A DNA stretch of 62,658 nt, counting the filler, from Choristocarpus tenellus KU-1152 (lineage: Eukaryota; Protista; Phaeophyceae), in the NCBI GenBank assembly GCA_964200185.2. It is 10 parts of 10 records of this genome, joined end to end, with 100 filler letters (N's around TTAATTAATTAA, not from the genome) between each part and the next. Parts side by side here need not be neighbours in the genome. Positions count along the whole stretch, not along the records: positions 25,195 to 31,284 come from CAXNAD020008966.1; positions 31,385 to 40,218 come from CAXNAD020004277.1; 8 more parts are not named here. The stretch is one strand, 5' to 3'. Position 1 is the first letter of the stretch. Each line of letters begins with the position of its first letter. The position numbers were made by a program, and so were the translations under genes. The notes beneath the pieces are model-generated. The model made no database searches. It worked only from the letters and a program-made list of their open reading frames with translations, and was not told the origin of the DNA. This document shows, piece after piece, positions 25,195 to 37,500 of this stretch.

Positions 25195-25246
25195 AAAAAA
25201 GGATGAAAAAGGACGCCGATCCCCCCCCCCCCAGATACTTTGACCC
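25195..25246 (+). mobile_element. MITE family C right end (partial)
   Basis: GGACGCCGA-polyC-AGATACTTTGACCC, as in 47045-47076. Confidence 0.75.
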
Positions 25247-26604
25247 AACTACAACTCCCATTTCTGACCACGACTGGAGAACATGCATGAGGCGTTTCAA
25301 TATGGAAAGAACGATCACAGATCAATGGCTTGCATGCAGGTGAGAGGGGGACACTCCCAGTAAGGACGGGTAGAGGTAGAGGAAGGGGTTCAGACCGACA
25401 AGTACGGAAGGAGCCTCACAGGTCAACTATGAAATTGGCACGGCTCTTCAAAGATCTTACTAGGCCAAACCCCATAGGAAGGGCAACAAACACCTGTGTG
25501 TCATGCAGGTGGAGGATAATTAAACATACATGAAATAGACTTACAACATTCAGAACAAGAATTATGCCGTGCCAGTGCTGAGGAGGTTCATGGCCGAGGT
25601 AGCCATACCAAACAATTAGAAGATCGTGTCTATCTGAAGTAATGAGAAAGGGGGAGACGTTGAAAAACCTTTGTGAAAGTACCTGAAGAACAGGGAATTC
25701 TAAACGGGAATTGACTGCACCTGGTTGGTACTCCACAGCTGAATAAGGTAGCTGAGAGAGGTTTGGCTCTGAATGTAGAATGGCTGTAGTGTTTGTACTT
25801 GCCGGGGCTCATATGATGTCAACAGACTTATCAACCTTATCAACTACACTCTTAACTTCAGAATATGTTGAATGGTAGGAGGGAAGGATAGACATCTCCA
25901 CCGACTTGGGTGAAGACGAACCAATGATATACGAAGTGGGGAGGAATGACACAAACAAGGATGATGATAGTTAGGGAATGATTGGAGAAGGGGAGGATTT
26001 TTTGTTGGAGGACTAAACGAATGATCAAGCATCAATGATGGATGGGGGAGAAAACAGCCCTGTGGAGCAACCTCACCTACAGGGGAGCGCCTAGACCAAG
26101 GATGGCGTCTCGGTTGAACGGAATCATCGTGGGGCATCATGAAGGACCGAGATCAACAGGTTCAGCACACTAGGATTAATCCTGACGACATTGGCCATAA
26201 AGGCATTGACTGCAGGGAATAAGGTGGGTAAAATGGTTGGGGATAAGATGGTCCACAGTGAACCAGGAGAAACACCAGCCAACCAGCCCCAATCAGTGGA
26301 CAAGCAAGTGAAAGATGGAGCAGGACATTGAAGAATGGATATTATAATCTGGGGCGGAGAAAATGAGGGATGGAGGGCATTGTGCAGGTGTTTAACCGGC
26401 CAATGGGCAGACTATTGAAAATACTAAGGACTTGGGCATCCTATTGACTGAGTCCCAGCCAGAGCTGGGAATGGAACAATGTAAGACAGATCCTTGCATT
26501 TTTAAAGTGGAAGGCATGAGGGGACATGGTGCAACTTGTACTGATCAATGCTGACGACATTATAGCAATTGAAAGAACCACGTGGTGCAATCAACATGGG
26601 TAAG

Positions 26605-26706
26605 GGGTCAAAGTGTCTAGGGAGGGGGTGCCGGCGTCCATTCTTGACCCTTTTTTCGATTTCACAGTTTGGTGCGATTTGGTCGCATGTGTCGGATTTC
26701 GAATGT
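26605..26706 (-). mobile_element. MITE family C fragment
   Basis: GGGTCAAAGTGTCT...GGCGTCC...TGTCGGATTTCGAATGT is reverse-homologous to 46975-47076. Confidence 0.65.
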
Positions 26707-27185
26707 GTTTCAAACAGGCTATTGGTTGGTGTATGTTGGTCGTATAGTTTGGATGAAGAATGAGAGATATGTCACTGGTTGTTTCAGGGTTAGTTATCGG
26801 TTTGTTTGGTTGCATGAGTGAGATTTGGTTAGCACATAAAGAGGGCTGTCGGTTAGGGTGTGTTGTCCCAGAGTTAGCACGAGGAATTGAAGGGATGGAA
26901 AAAGAAATTCCCATTACTCTCTTGAGAGATAGATGATTTGTAATGGCACGCTGTGTCACCAGGAATCAGGGGCATAGAAAGGATTCTATGAGCAAGCAGG
27001 TGTATATAAAGGGGTTGGTGACACAATATAGGGCAATGAGGGTGTTGGACGTGGCAGCAGTTACAAAATCAACAGGGGTTGAGGGTCTATTGGGGTAGGA
27101 TATGGGTCCTTGGTTGGAGGATTGATGAAGGCATTAACTGATTTTCTATGCAAATGCTAATTATGCCAATTGTGTTGCAACTAGG

Positions 27186-27443
27186 GAGTGAAAGTATCTT
27201 AGAGGGTGCGATTTTTTCCCTGTTTGTCCATTTGAGACTTGGCTTCCCATGTTTTTTAATGACATTTAGCCCACTCCAAAATGTTTAGGAGTGGGCTAAA
27301 TGTATACGTTACGGAAAGGTGTGTCTGGAACAAGGATGTTGACACTTCTTAACAAACGTGATAGCCAAAATTACATCAAAACCGCAACATTGGACTTTTG
27401 GCAACAAATGGATGCGACTCTACCCTCTAAGATACTTTGACTC
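27186..27443 (+). mobile_element. MITE family A (258 bp), TSD AGG
   Basis: GAGTGAAAGTATCTTAGAGGGT...ACCCTCTAAGATACTTTGACTC with AGG on both flanks. Confidence 0.9.
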
Positions 27444-27474
27444 AGGATTTTTGTGTCAGGGGAAGTTGTAAGAA

Positions 27475-27736
27475 GAGCCAAAGTATCTCGGAGGGTAGAG
27501 CCGCGTCCATTTTGGGACCAAAATCAAATATTACAAATTTTGATGTAATTTTGGCTATCGTGTTATTAGGAATGGTCAATGTCCTTGTTCCAGACACACC
27601 TTTTCATAACGTATACATTTTACCAACTCCAAAATATTTTGGAGTAGGAAAATGCCATAGCAACCCTGAGTGAAACCAAGCCCCAAATGGACAAACAGGG
27701 GAAAACTCGTACCCTAACCCTAAGATATTTTCACTC
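27475..27736 (-). mobile_element. MITE family A, TSD degenerate
   Basis: GAGCCAAAGTATCT...AAGATATTTTCACTC; homologous along its length. Confidence 0.88.
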
Positions 27737-27812
27737 GTAATGTAAGGGGGAGGGTGTGTGACTTGGTGGCTGAAAATGGACAAGACAGCTATACTGCTAT
27801 CCACTAAGGTGA

Positions 27813-28070
27813 GAGTCAAAGTATCTAGGAGGGTATAGCCGCGTCCATTTGGGGGTCAAAATCAAATGTTGCAATTTTGATGTAATTTTGACTATCGTGT
27901 TTGTTTGGAGATGTCGATATCCTTGTTTCGGACATAACCTTTCATTACATATGCATCTTACCTATTCTGAAACATTTTGGAGCAGGTAAAATGTCATAAA
28001 AAACCGTGGGAAGCCAAGCCCCAAATGGACAAGCAAGTAAAAACTCGTACCCTCTAAGAAACTTTCACTC
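27813..28070 (-). mobile_element. MITE family A (258 bp), TSD TGA
   Basis: GAGTCAAAGTATCT...AAGAAACTTTCACTC with TGA on both flanks. Confidence 0.9.
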
Positions 28071-29257
28071 TGAAGCATGTGCGGGTACATAGGAAATATA
28101 CCTCTGGTAGGTTCAGCTATTTGCAGGGCCTGGTATCAAGAGGTACAGTGTGTATTGCTAGAAGAGTTATCAAGAGGCAATCGACTTAGCACAAAGTGTC
28201 ACATCAGGCAGTAGGTCCAAGCACATTGATGTGATATACAACTACATCAGGTAGCTGGAGAAGGATTAAGGTTGGATACGTGGAGAGTAGGGATCAGAAT
28301 TCTTAGATGTTTCCAAAGTCCTAGAACAACCTCAACATATTTCCATGAGGATAATACTGTGTTTGGGATAGGTCACAAGTGATTGGGAGGTAGTACATAT
28401 TTGATTTGATATGTGGTGGATTGAATTAGATATTCATACCACTGTGCATTCAGAGTAAGTAAGTGTGTCAAACATTATGCTTGATTCTCCTCGGAGATAT
28501 AATCCAAAGAGAAGTATTGTATCACAGTTGATACAACAACATGGCAAACAGTAAACTAGTACAACGGTACCACCATTGAAGGAGGTACATATTTTGAACT
28601 CTAGCATCAGCAAGCAGGTTACAATAGAATGTGCTCTAGAATAATAGTGTGCAGTGGTAGCATGGGTAGTGACAGAGCATCCCCACCTTGGGTGAGCTTC
28701 TCACCTACTCGACAATTGGGTAGATAAGTATTGGGTACTAACAAATAAGGAAGGAAAGGGTAGTCCTCCTTTGGCATCGAATTCGACTAAACACAAATGT
28801 CTTAATGACTTGAACCCTGGGACAGGAAAAGAAGCAACAACGCCAAATCGTTTGATCTTTACCTTACCGTTAAATATCGAAATTATGTACCTGTTCTGTG
28901 ACTACATCAAATAGGCTTCACTGCTATGATTAGTGGCCTGGAAAAAACTAGGATGAATAATTGCACAATCACTACAAATCAGGTACACGATGCATGGACA
29001 AGTTGAAAATTCTCTTTAGTATACAAAAATTACAGCTTCTCCTCTAGTTAAATATTAAGATTGCAACAATGAAGGTAGAACCAGCCGAGACATCAAAATG
29101 ATTAATACTCTGCTTAAGGACAACGCAATAAAGAAAAAACATGGCTCAAATCATTAGCCCTACAGAAGGCCACTCTCCGCTCCCACTATGAATGAACCAC
29201 ACTATGACCAGCTTTCATGCGCTTTAGACTAAAAACCTACACTTCTACCTCTCATAC

Positions 29258-30494
29258 TCACCAACGGAAGATATACAGTTTTCCCTCTTTGGAGATCATC
29301 CAAAAATCAGGATCTGCGTATGGACCTAGAATATTAACACCCCAGAATTCTTCCTCAGCAATACCCCATGCGCAGAATGCTCCCCATTGTGGCGCGTATC
29401 GAAAAGGGTCTCCCTGTACAAAGTGAAAAGCGCAGCATTGAATGGAGGGAGAAGTCTTGCGTAGGTGCATTACCCACCATCAATCGCACTCGAGAATGGA
29501 GCTAAGCAACTACTATTGCATTAAGTGAGTGCGGGCGCAAGAAGGATCAGGTAATCGATGGATTGATTTCATGTCTAATGAACTCTGCCAAGTGGGGACA
29601 TACTATACTCTGCTCAGTAAGCTGTTTCAAGGACTCCGAACGACGACAAGACCAAACCCAATTTACGGAAGAAGTCGAATAATCGTGCATTCTACCATTC
29701 ATAAACCAGATAATATCGAGTAAGTATAGTAGCCTATCTTAAACGATCTGAAATATTGCCTTTCTCATCGCGTAGCACAGGTAAGTCAGGAGCAAAAATG
29801 ATCGTTGGAGAGTTTCCTACCCAGAGACTCCCGTCAAACTCGAAGGTAAGTAGAGTATTCATCGGTAGTGCATTCAAGAGAGGAAATTGCACAAGTTACA
29901 TCGTCAGGTCAAGATCACCGTACTTGTTACCCAACCCTGCCACGCCAGTCAAGGCAGGCACCTCCACACTCTGATGGGCAAGGAGTGCCATTAGATGTCA
30001 AAAGAAAATTCTAAAGGCGTAAGTCACGGCACACAAGCTGTGTACCTCTCGAAACTAAAGGTTGCTAGTTTGTTTGTGCCTCCCTATACTGTGGGAGGGA
30101 GGGAGTACGGGTAGCATTTCACCTCGAAGGTTTTCTTGTTGGCCTCAGTACTGAACCAGAATGTATAGTCACCCAAGTGAGAGGTGTGTGCGGGACTTCC
30201 TCGAACAGCTTTTTCTTGAGGATTGAGCCCAAAATATGCCACGACATCCGTCCCATTAAGCACTGGTCCGTTATAGCTTGCCGTGCACAATAACGAGGGA
30301 GATACTTCATACAACGCTTCCCAATGCACAATTTGTTTCTCTATCTCCCCTGGATGTGAGCTGAACATTTGAGAAGTTCCCACGGCGAGGAGGAAGATGC
30401 TTAACGCCGCTAGTAGAGTCAGCAAAAGTCCAGTGGTAGTGACTCCATTAGGGGACGAATATTCCCTATCGTCAACGCCATTACCACCCTTCAT
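29258..30494 (-). CDS. YHS-domain protein with N-terminal membrane anchor. Exons 30494-30123 and 29413-~29262; 3' end unresolved
   Basis: GPVLNGTDVVAYF...AVRGSPAH...YTFWFSTEANKKTFE|GDPFRYAPQWGAFCAWGIA...GPYADPDFWMISKEGKLYIF matches the YHS-family pattern G.D.VAYF...F.S..N...F...P.KY.PQ.GG.C. Confidence 0.85.
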
Positions 30495-30949
30495 GATGAG
30501 TTTCGCGTTTGGTCAGACGAGAAAGCGTTCACATCGTCGTATTGACCACTTCATTCTTGTGATATGATTTTACAGTTTGTCAAATATACACGAAAATTTA
30601 CGAAGGATACTTCAACCCTTAGAGATAGAACCATACACCACTAAAAATCAATCTTTTCAAATAAGTTAAATAGAATATGTGAACATAAATATCTCTTCCC
30701 AAAAAAACTCCCTTCAACATCCAATCCTCCACACTAAATTGAATGACATAACCCTAAGTTAATTGAAAATTTCTACCGTTTAGAACTCACAAGATCCACA
30801 AACATTCAAGACGGTATAATTTTTGCGTGAACGTCATACTAGATGTTGGAGGTGAATATTATATATTTTATTATTATGCCCACTGAAATTTTGCAGATGT
30901 GTCAGGGGGGACACCAATGAAAACTATATATATGTCGTTACAGTACCTA

Positions 30950-31284
30950 CCCTGAGTTTGGGCCAAATATTATGAACCAAATGGAAAAATATTAAAGTTT
31001 GTACCGCTTTTTTCGACATGCTAAAAAAAAAGGGTTTTGTACCGGAATTCTCGTGTTCGGGCGACTTGGTAGAAACTCCCAGAGATATTCACGCGATTGT
31101 GGCGCGCCCGTAAAAATTTCTCGCCAAAAGTGCCTTTCTTCCTTAGTCATGCATGCTACCTACCATACAGCAGTACAATATGTTGCTGGTAGGGGAATAA
31201 AGTGGAAGCCATGCCTTGTGGCGCAGGAAACCTCTGCAAGATGCTTTCAAACAAACCGGGTCCGCCTTTCTACACAATCCACAA
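30950..31284 (+). mobile_element. Second copy of the TA|CCCT element end, truncated by contig end
   Basis: Homologous to 24850-25094. Confidence 0.65.
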
Positions 31285-31384
31285 NNNNNNNNNNNNNNNN
31301 NNNNNNNNNNNNNNNNNNNNNNNNNNNNTTAATTAATTAANNNNNNNNNNNNNNNNNNNNNNNNNNNNNNNNNNNNNNNNNNNN
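31285..31384. other. Artificial contig spacer
   Basis: N44-TTAATTAATTAA-N44. Confidence 0.99.
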
Positions 31385-33207
31385 CCCGTCACAAGGCCCT
31401 CCAGAGTACAGGCTTCGTTTTATATCACCATTTTTTTATTTTTCTGAAGAAGGACCGCTCATATTGGGGTTCGAACCCTGAATTGTAGGTCACGAACAGT
31501 GGTAACAGATGCACTAGTACTTGATTGAAGTATAGGGTTCAGGTGGAAAAAAAGCTTCCCCATCCTTTCTTCCTGTGGGTTCGCGCACTCACTCTTTGAC
31601 CTCGGCAAGGATGTCCTCGTCGAGGCCCAGGACGAAACGCCTCTCATAGTGCCCTTAGTAACGAAGTCTCTCTCCCATTTACTCGTAGTTTCCGACCTGA
31701 GACCATCACATGTCCTGCTGCCATCTCGAGCGCAGTTTGACGGTCTTTCCCGTCGTTGATACACATGTACAGGATTCGCAGTGTTAGAGCCTTTACCATC
31801 ACATTTCCTTGTGGATTGCTGGAAATGGGCGTCATCCATGTTTCCTGGACAGGTGATCTTTTATCATCAAGGCGCAAGGGTAAGGGAGGACAGGCTTGAG
31901 TTGAACGAAAATTGTGTTGATTTCTCGAATTAATGCAGACTAGGAGAAAGCCTTAATCTACTTTATATGTCCAACCCGAAGTCCAGGAACAAAAGTGAAT
32001 GTACGGCATCTTGCAAGAGGTAGGAGACACCAAACCATTGGTGTGCAAATAGTCTCAATCTCACCTCCTCTTCTGCCCTGGCGTCCTCATCGATGGCTAC
32101 CTCTACCTGCTTTGTGACTTCTTCTAAGTAAAGGGTTTGGTGGTATCGAAAAGTCTCCACAACTGCCTTTGTTATGATAGCTTTCTCCTCTGCCTTGCGA
32201 GCCCTTTTGACCTTCTTTCGGGCTTCAGAGCCCTTGTAGCCCAGCCCTAACACCTTCTTTCTCGTTTCCTTAAGCCACTCCAGCTCTCACAGCTTCTAAA
32301 CAGCCAGGGCCTGCTGTAAGTGTAGACTACTAAGATACTATACACACAGTTTGTCGCTTAGGCGTTTCCTGAGTGCAATGGCACGCAGTCGCACCGTTCT
32401 CTTCCCCAACCTTCCCTTCGGGTGGCCTCTATGTTTCCTTCGTCCGCTGTGACCAGGCTTCCCCACAGACTTCGTCACTGTGCCACCTGACTTTGTCACT
32501 GTACACCTGGTGATGGACTCGCTACTCTCTTCCTGTTTTCTCGAGGTAGCAGTTCTGTTACAAGGTGGAAGTCTCGGTAGGACCTCCTTGTTACAGCACA
32601 CTCCAGAAGCTTACCTCCATAGGATGTATAGCTCCAATCTACAGGCCTATAGATGATACTGATGCACATAGAGGACTCCCAGTGCACAAGTCGTCAATCT
32701 CTCACTTGGACTATCATCAATATCATCATATAAAAAGGAACTGGTCAACAATATCTTATCACAATCGGGGGGACCATAATGACCACAAGTAATAAATAAA
32801 TAGTCAAAAAGTACAAATATATCAAATCTAGGACTTAAGGTCATAAAGGTGTTTATGAAACTACCATTAAGACATATCGCCTGTAACAGTTCTTGCAGAG
32901 CAATTCTCCGAAGTGATTGAAGACCCAACCACGTTTGTGTGGTTATGCTTTCAATGCATATTCTCTCAGTGTCAGTGTCGCGACCACGTGGTCCATTTCG
33001 CAATTTGATCATGCTGCTGCGCCACACTACTCGCACTTTCTTGTCACCTAACATTGCACTGAGCTTTACACAGTACTTGTTTTTCCGGTACCTCTCGACA
33101 GAGAAGGTGCCGAGGGTAGATCCAGGGGGCAAAGTGGCCTCGGCGGTTCTCCTTGTCTCACCGTCGCGGTTCATGTTGCTGTGTAAGTCACGTGTGTGTG
33201 TCCTCAC
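31385..33207 (-). pseudogene. Decayed coding region, possibly the N-terminal part of a Tc1/IS630-like transposase
   Basis: Frameshifted ORF chain containing an HTH-like stretch ALEMAAGHVMVSGRKLR/KWERDFVTKG. Family assignment is weak. Confidence 0.3.
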
Positions 33208-34531
33208 AGAAAGTCTACAAAAGGCGCCAAAAAGATGTCCGAAGATCTTGAATTTTTTTTCGGCACATCCGCACCAGCCAGGGTTGGGCAGGGATTTACC
33301 CCGGACCTGGTTTCAAGGAGTTCAGCCAACCACTTCATTTTTTGTATCTTTTGACGTCGTGACCTTCAAACTTACTTGCGTCGGAGATATTCCCCCGCGT
33401 TTTTTTTCCATTACTGTATCGGGACATAGTTCCCGTTCACCGAAGGTTGTACATTCCTGCATACAAACTTTCAAAAGCTCTTGTCATACCCTTTCATTTG
33501 ATATATATGTTGTTGTATAACTGTTGTGATGTTCTGGTGAAAAAATTCAAGATTGCCACAGAGGGCGAAGCTACTAGTACCACCTATATTTAGTCGCTCA
33601 TTTTTCCATAACTTCTTGATTACCATATCTATTTCCCTTCCATGCAATATTTAACTTTTGGTATACCATCCTCTCTTTTTCTTCTTGTCTTAACACCTCA
33701 ACTAGTTTACGTATCCACCATTGGGAATTTTATGGGGACAACACTGAAATACTTCATAACCTGTCCCTTATGCTATCCACTCTTTTACTACCTCCCTACC
33801 CTACTTGTTTTTCTTTATCAGAATGTTAACTGATTTCCTTATATACCATCTCACTTCTCATCAAACAAAACTCAAATCACTTCAGAAGGTTCTCCTGATA
33901 TTTACAACAATGTGTAGATTTTAGAAAAAAACTCGATCAGTTTTCCTCCACAATATATACACCATTTCCAATTCATTTTCCGAACTATAATTCGTTTGAT
34001 AATCCACAAAGTATCTTCAGTCTTCGTTCTTCACCCCAAGAATGAGAAACATTATTTACCAACGTTACCTTTAATTGATGAGATATTTCAAGTTTTCCCG
34101 TTTCTCACGTTCCAGAATCTTGAATGTCTATAGTACTAATAGGTAAGAGCATGACCAAAATATCGGAAATTGTACAACAGCACGCTACCTCATTCCCATC
34201 CATGGTTGTCGATAGAAGACATGCGATGATGTTGTTGCACGGTCTTCACCATCCTTTCCTCTTCTGTCCCGAACTGGCTCATTGAAATGTGACACCACAA
34301 ATGCTACTATTGTACTGTGTTGTGTTTGGACACGAAAAATGAGGGCAGGCACCATGGTCCTAGCTGTAGCCAGACTCGTGATCTCGCAGGGGAGGTCGCA
34401 TCCGAAGGAAGCATATACGCAGTCTTTGAGAAATTCACAACAACGTGATGCTATGACAGCCCTTCGCCTTACCCCAGGTGGAGTCCGCGGTAACTACACT
34501 CTAGTGAATGGTGTACTTTGGTTCCTCTCGT

Positions 34532-37500
34532 ATGACGCGGAGGACGCATGCCATCGTAGCTGTTCTGCTGGTCTTGGGCTTGCATTTGGAGTTCAGCGAT
34601 ATTGTGCAGTATGCTTGTGCACAAGTTGGCATCGCCGCTTGTCGTCTGATGCTGATGCAGAAGGTTTGCCCCTGGATATGCATTTTGGTCGACGATTATG
34701 GGATGGGGAATTCGCAGGAGCTGCGTTTGAGATTACGGTGGAGGGCGGAATGGAAAGTGGGCTGGCCTCACTACAAAGCTTCCTAGATAATCCAGGGGTT
34801 GTAGCAAAGGAGTTTGGTGTGGATGCTGATGAGGTAAGTGGTGTGTGACAACTGGGTGCGCGGTAAACCATTTCGGATGCATGGTATAGATGGTCTAATT
34901 TATAAGGTCTTAATTGTGCTGGTCAGATGCAGTTCCTGCCACAATGTATATGCACTGCTTTGTTCCTCTTCCTCCGTCATCCGACATTCTCTATTGATGG
35001 TCTCGTGCACATCCATGTAATAATCCCAACTGAACTACACTTTATTGCTTTAGAAGGAACTCATGTGAACGCCCATCTAGTTCGATATAAACAATTCTAG
35101 CAAAGTTCAGATTATTGTCTGATCACCTGCAGCGCAGTCGCGAGTACAGGACTGGAGTTATTGCGCAACAAGTTTTCCGCAGAAGAATTTATTGGTGGGT
35201 GAAGTGTAGTAAAGGCGAGGCAAGAGCTAAAACCTTTGCATGTTTTCATGTTCATTTCAGGTGACTACATTGGTGACCGATGATGAAGAACGTTTAAACC
35301 ACAAATTGCACACCCCTTGAAGTTGCTTTGCTTGATGCAACTTTTATAGATTCAAATTGGTTGAATGCAGGGTCCTTTGTACTATTGTTTGATCGCATTG
35401 CATTTCATGAATGAGTTGGGATATCCTCAGAAATATTTAATTATTTGGATCTCAGGGGCAGGTAAGACCTGATACACAGGTCATATGACTAACAGAGGCT
35501 GAAACCGTGCCCGTACTTACGGCATCAGCTGCGTCAATCGCCCCATGAAGGGATGTACTTTGCTTGTACCCATTGGCAGTTTTCTTACTGATATTATCAA
35601 CCCTAAAGTAGTATTTCATTGTGTTGGCCGAGGTGTTGATCTCGATGTCCCAAAGAAATAGTGATACATATTTTTATCATTGCCACCTCATTGCGACATG
35701 CCTCTGATGTCATTATATTTGTACTTCAAGGTAGTAATTGGTTCAGATGATCTCGCTTTTTGTCCAAATTAGGGTAAGTTTTTTTGTTGCTTATTTGGCG
35801 AAAGAAAGGTCGAAATCTTGAGGATCCTGGGCAAGGTTGCATAGGTTCCATTTTCCGACCTGCTTGTTGCTCAAACCTCTTCTATTCCCTTCGTACCCTC
35901 TGCTGTCAAACCTGCAGAGTTGCCTTTGTGTACATTCCTGGATGCACAACCTCCTGGCAGTCTCAGTGATTGGTTGTGTTTTTGTCTTGTGATTTGAATG
36001 CAGCACAAATGATGCAATCGTTCTTTTGTAGAATTTGGTGCAATGGATGATGTCTGGCATTAAATCACAAGACTGCCTATGTATCTGGATATGGTTTGAT
36101 CTGATGTCGGTTTCGTTTTCCCTGGTATCAAGCAGCATGTTTTGTTATGCTGCGGTACATCCACCATTGTCCATTTTGCAAACGTTGACTATTGCCTTTA
36201 CGCCAAAGCTAGATGACAAGGATGCCGCTTCAACCATTTTGATTGAATGGAGTCCTTTACAGTTCTAAACTGTAGGATGCAACTACAAGTTGGAGAATTC
36301 CTTGATCAATACACAGAATTCAGTTGATGCACCAAAGTCCAATGGCAGTATCATTTGATCTCACTATTGTTGCTAGGTGGGAGATCTTTTTTTCCCTGAT
36401 GGAATAGACAAAGTAAAACAACCCCTGCTACTGACCCCTGAAGAGTAAGAGTTGCTTCAAATTGCAACATATAACTGAGAAGAAAAATGACCCCATAATT
36501 ATCTCGAACATGTACCCTCTTTGCCTAATTCTCGATCCTTACAGGTAGAGTTTTCTACCCTGGCAGTTACGCCACAAGATATCTTGGAGATGCATCGCTC
36601 ACCTATGTCAAGCATTTCTTCATATGCAGATGCCTCAGACATCGTTGTGCTGGGGCGCCAGCAGGACAATCCCTCTGGCTACTTTACTGGCAGGGAAAGT
36701 GGTGCACTAGCAATTCTTCTGGTGATCCTCACTGCAGTCACTTTCGTGTTCTGTTTTATCATCATGTTTGCTATGAGGTGAGAAAATCTACTCCACGCCA
36801 AACCAAAAAAGGAAATTCCTGTCCTGTACCTGCTGATATGCTCATTCCCATGATACTTGGATGGAGTTTAAAGTCAGAACACTCAGATTGGTGTCTCAGG
36901 ATTGTAGTGTGTTGGTTAGAGGTTGGGATTGCATGCCCAGATACTCCTTAGTAAGCCTTACACCACTGTGGGTGCCTGCATGTCCTAACCCTGTGTGAAC
37001 TCTCCCCCTCCCTTCTCTAGAGCCTGGCCAAAGCCTCGAAAGCTAATTTCGGGCAAGGTGGGGACAAGGGTAAGACTTCAGTACCCAGAGTATCTTGGTG
37101 ATGGTGCCAGACCCATCCCTTCATTAATTACTGAGACGGAATCAATGGATCAGCATACCCTGTCGAGGCATGACCTGGGCTCGTCACGTATCCTTGACTC
37201 CATGTACACCAGCAATGTGATCCTAGACAAGGAAGTGGAGACTTCTGTGAATCCACTTTTCTCTTCTATCGAGTACATCCATGCCGATTTTTCTACCAAT
37301 TCTCACGACAATGGCAGTATCATTCCCGATCTGATTGGACGCACACATAGGGAAATCTATAACCTGAAAGAGGAGGTAAAGTTTTACATATGGGGTGCAA
37401 GAAGGATGTTTTTTTGGGGTGTATTATGTGTGGAGTGAAGTGATTGTTTAGACTAGGAGTAGATGATACAGGAAAAGCTTGAGTAGCACACGCCGTGCTC

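Larger units (their letters stand above)
26380..28330 (+). pseudogene. Decayed Ty1/Copia pol (RT and RNase H fragments), split by four MITE insertions
   Basis: GMEQCKTDPCIF...LVLINADDII (RVT_2 DPC..., YVDD), YANANYANCVATR (cf. Y.DADYA...TR), RSKHIDVIYNYIR and VGYVESRDQNS (Copia RNase H). Confidence 0.8.

Noticed and set aside
31455-31500. tRNA-like B-box GGGGTTCGAACCC
   Set aside because: No cloverleaf or acceptor-stem pairing could be built.
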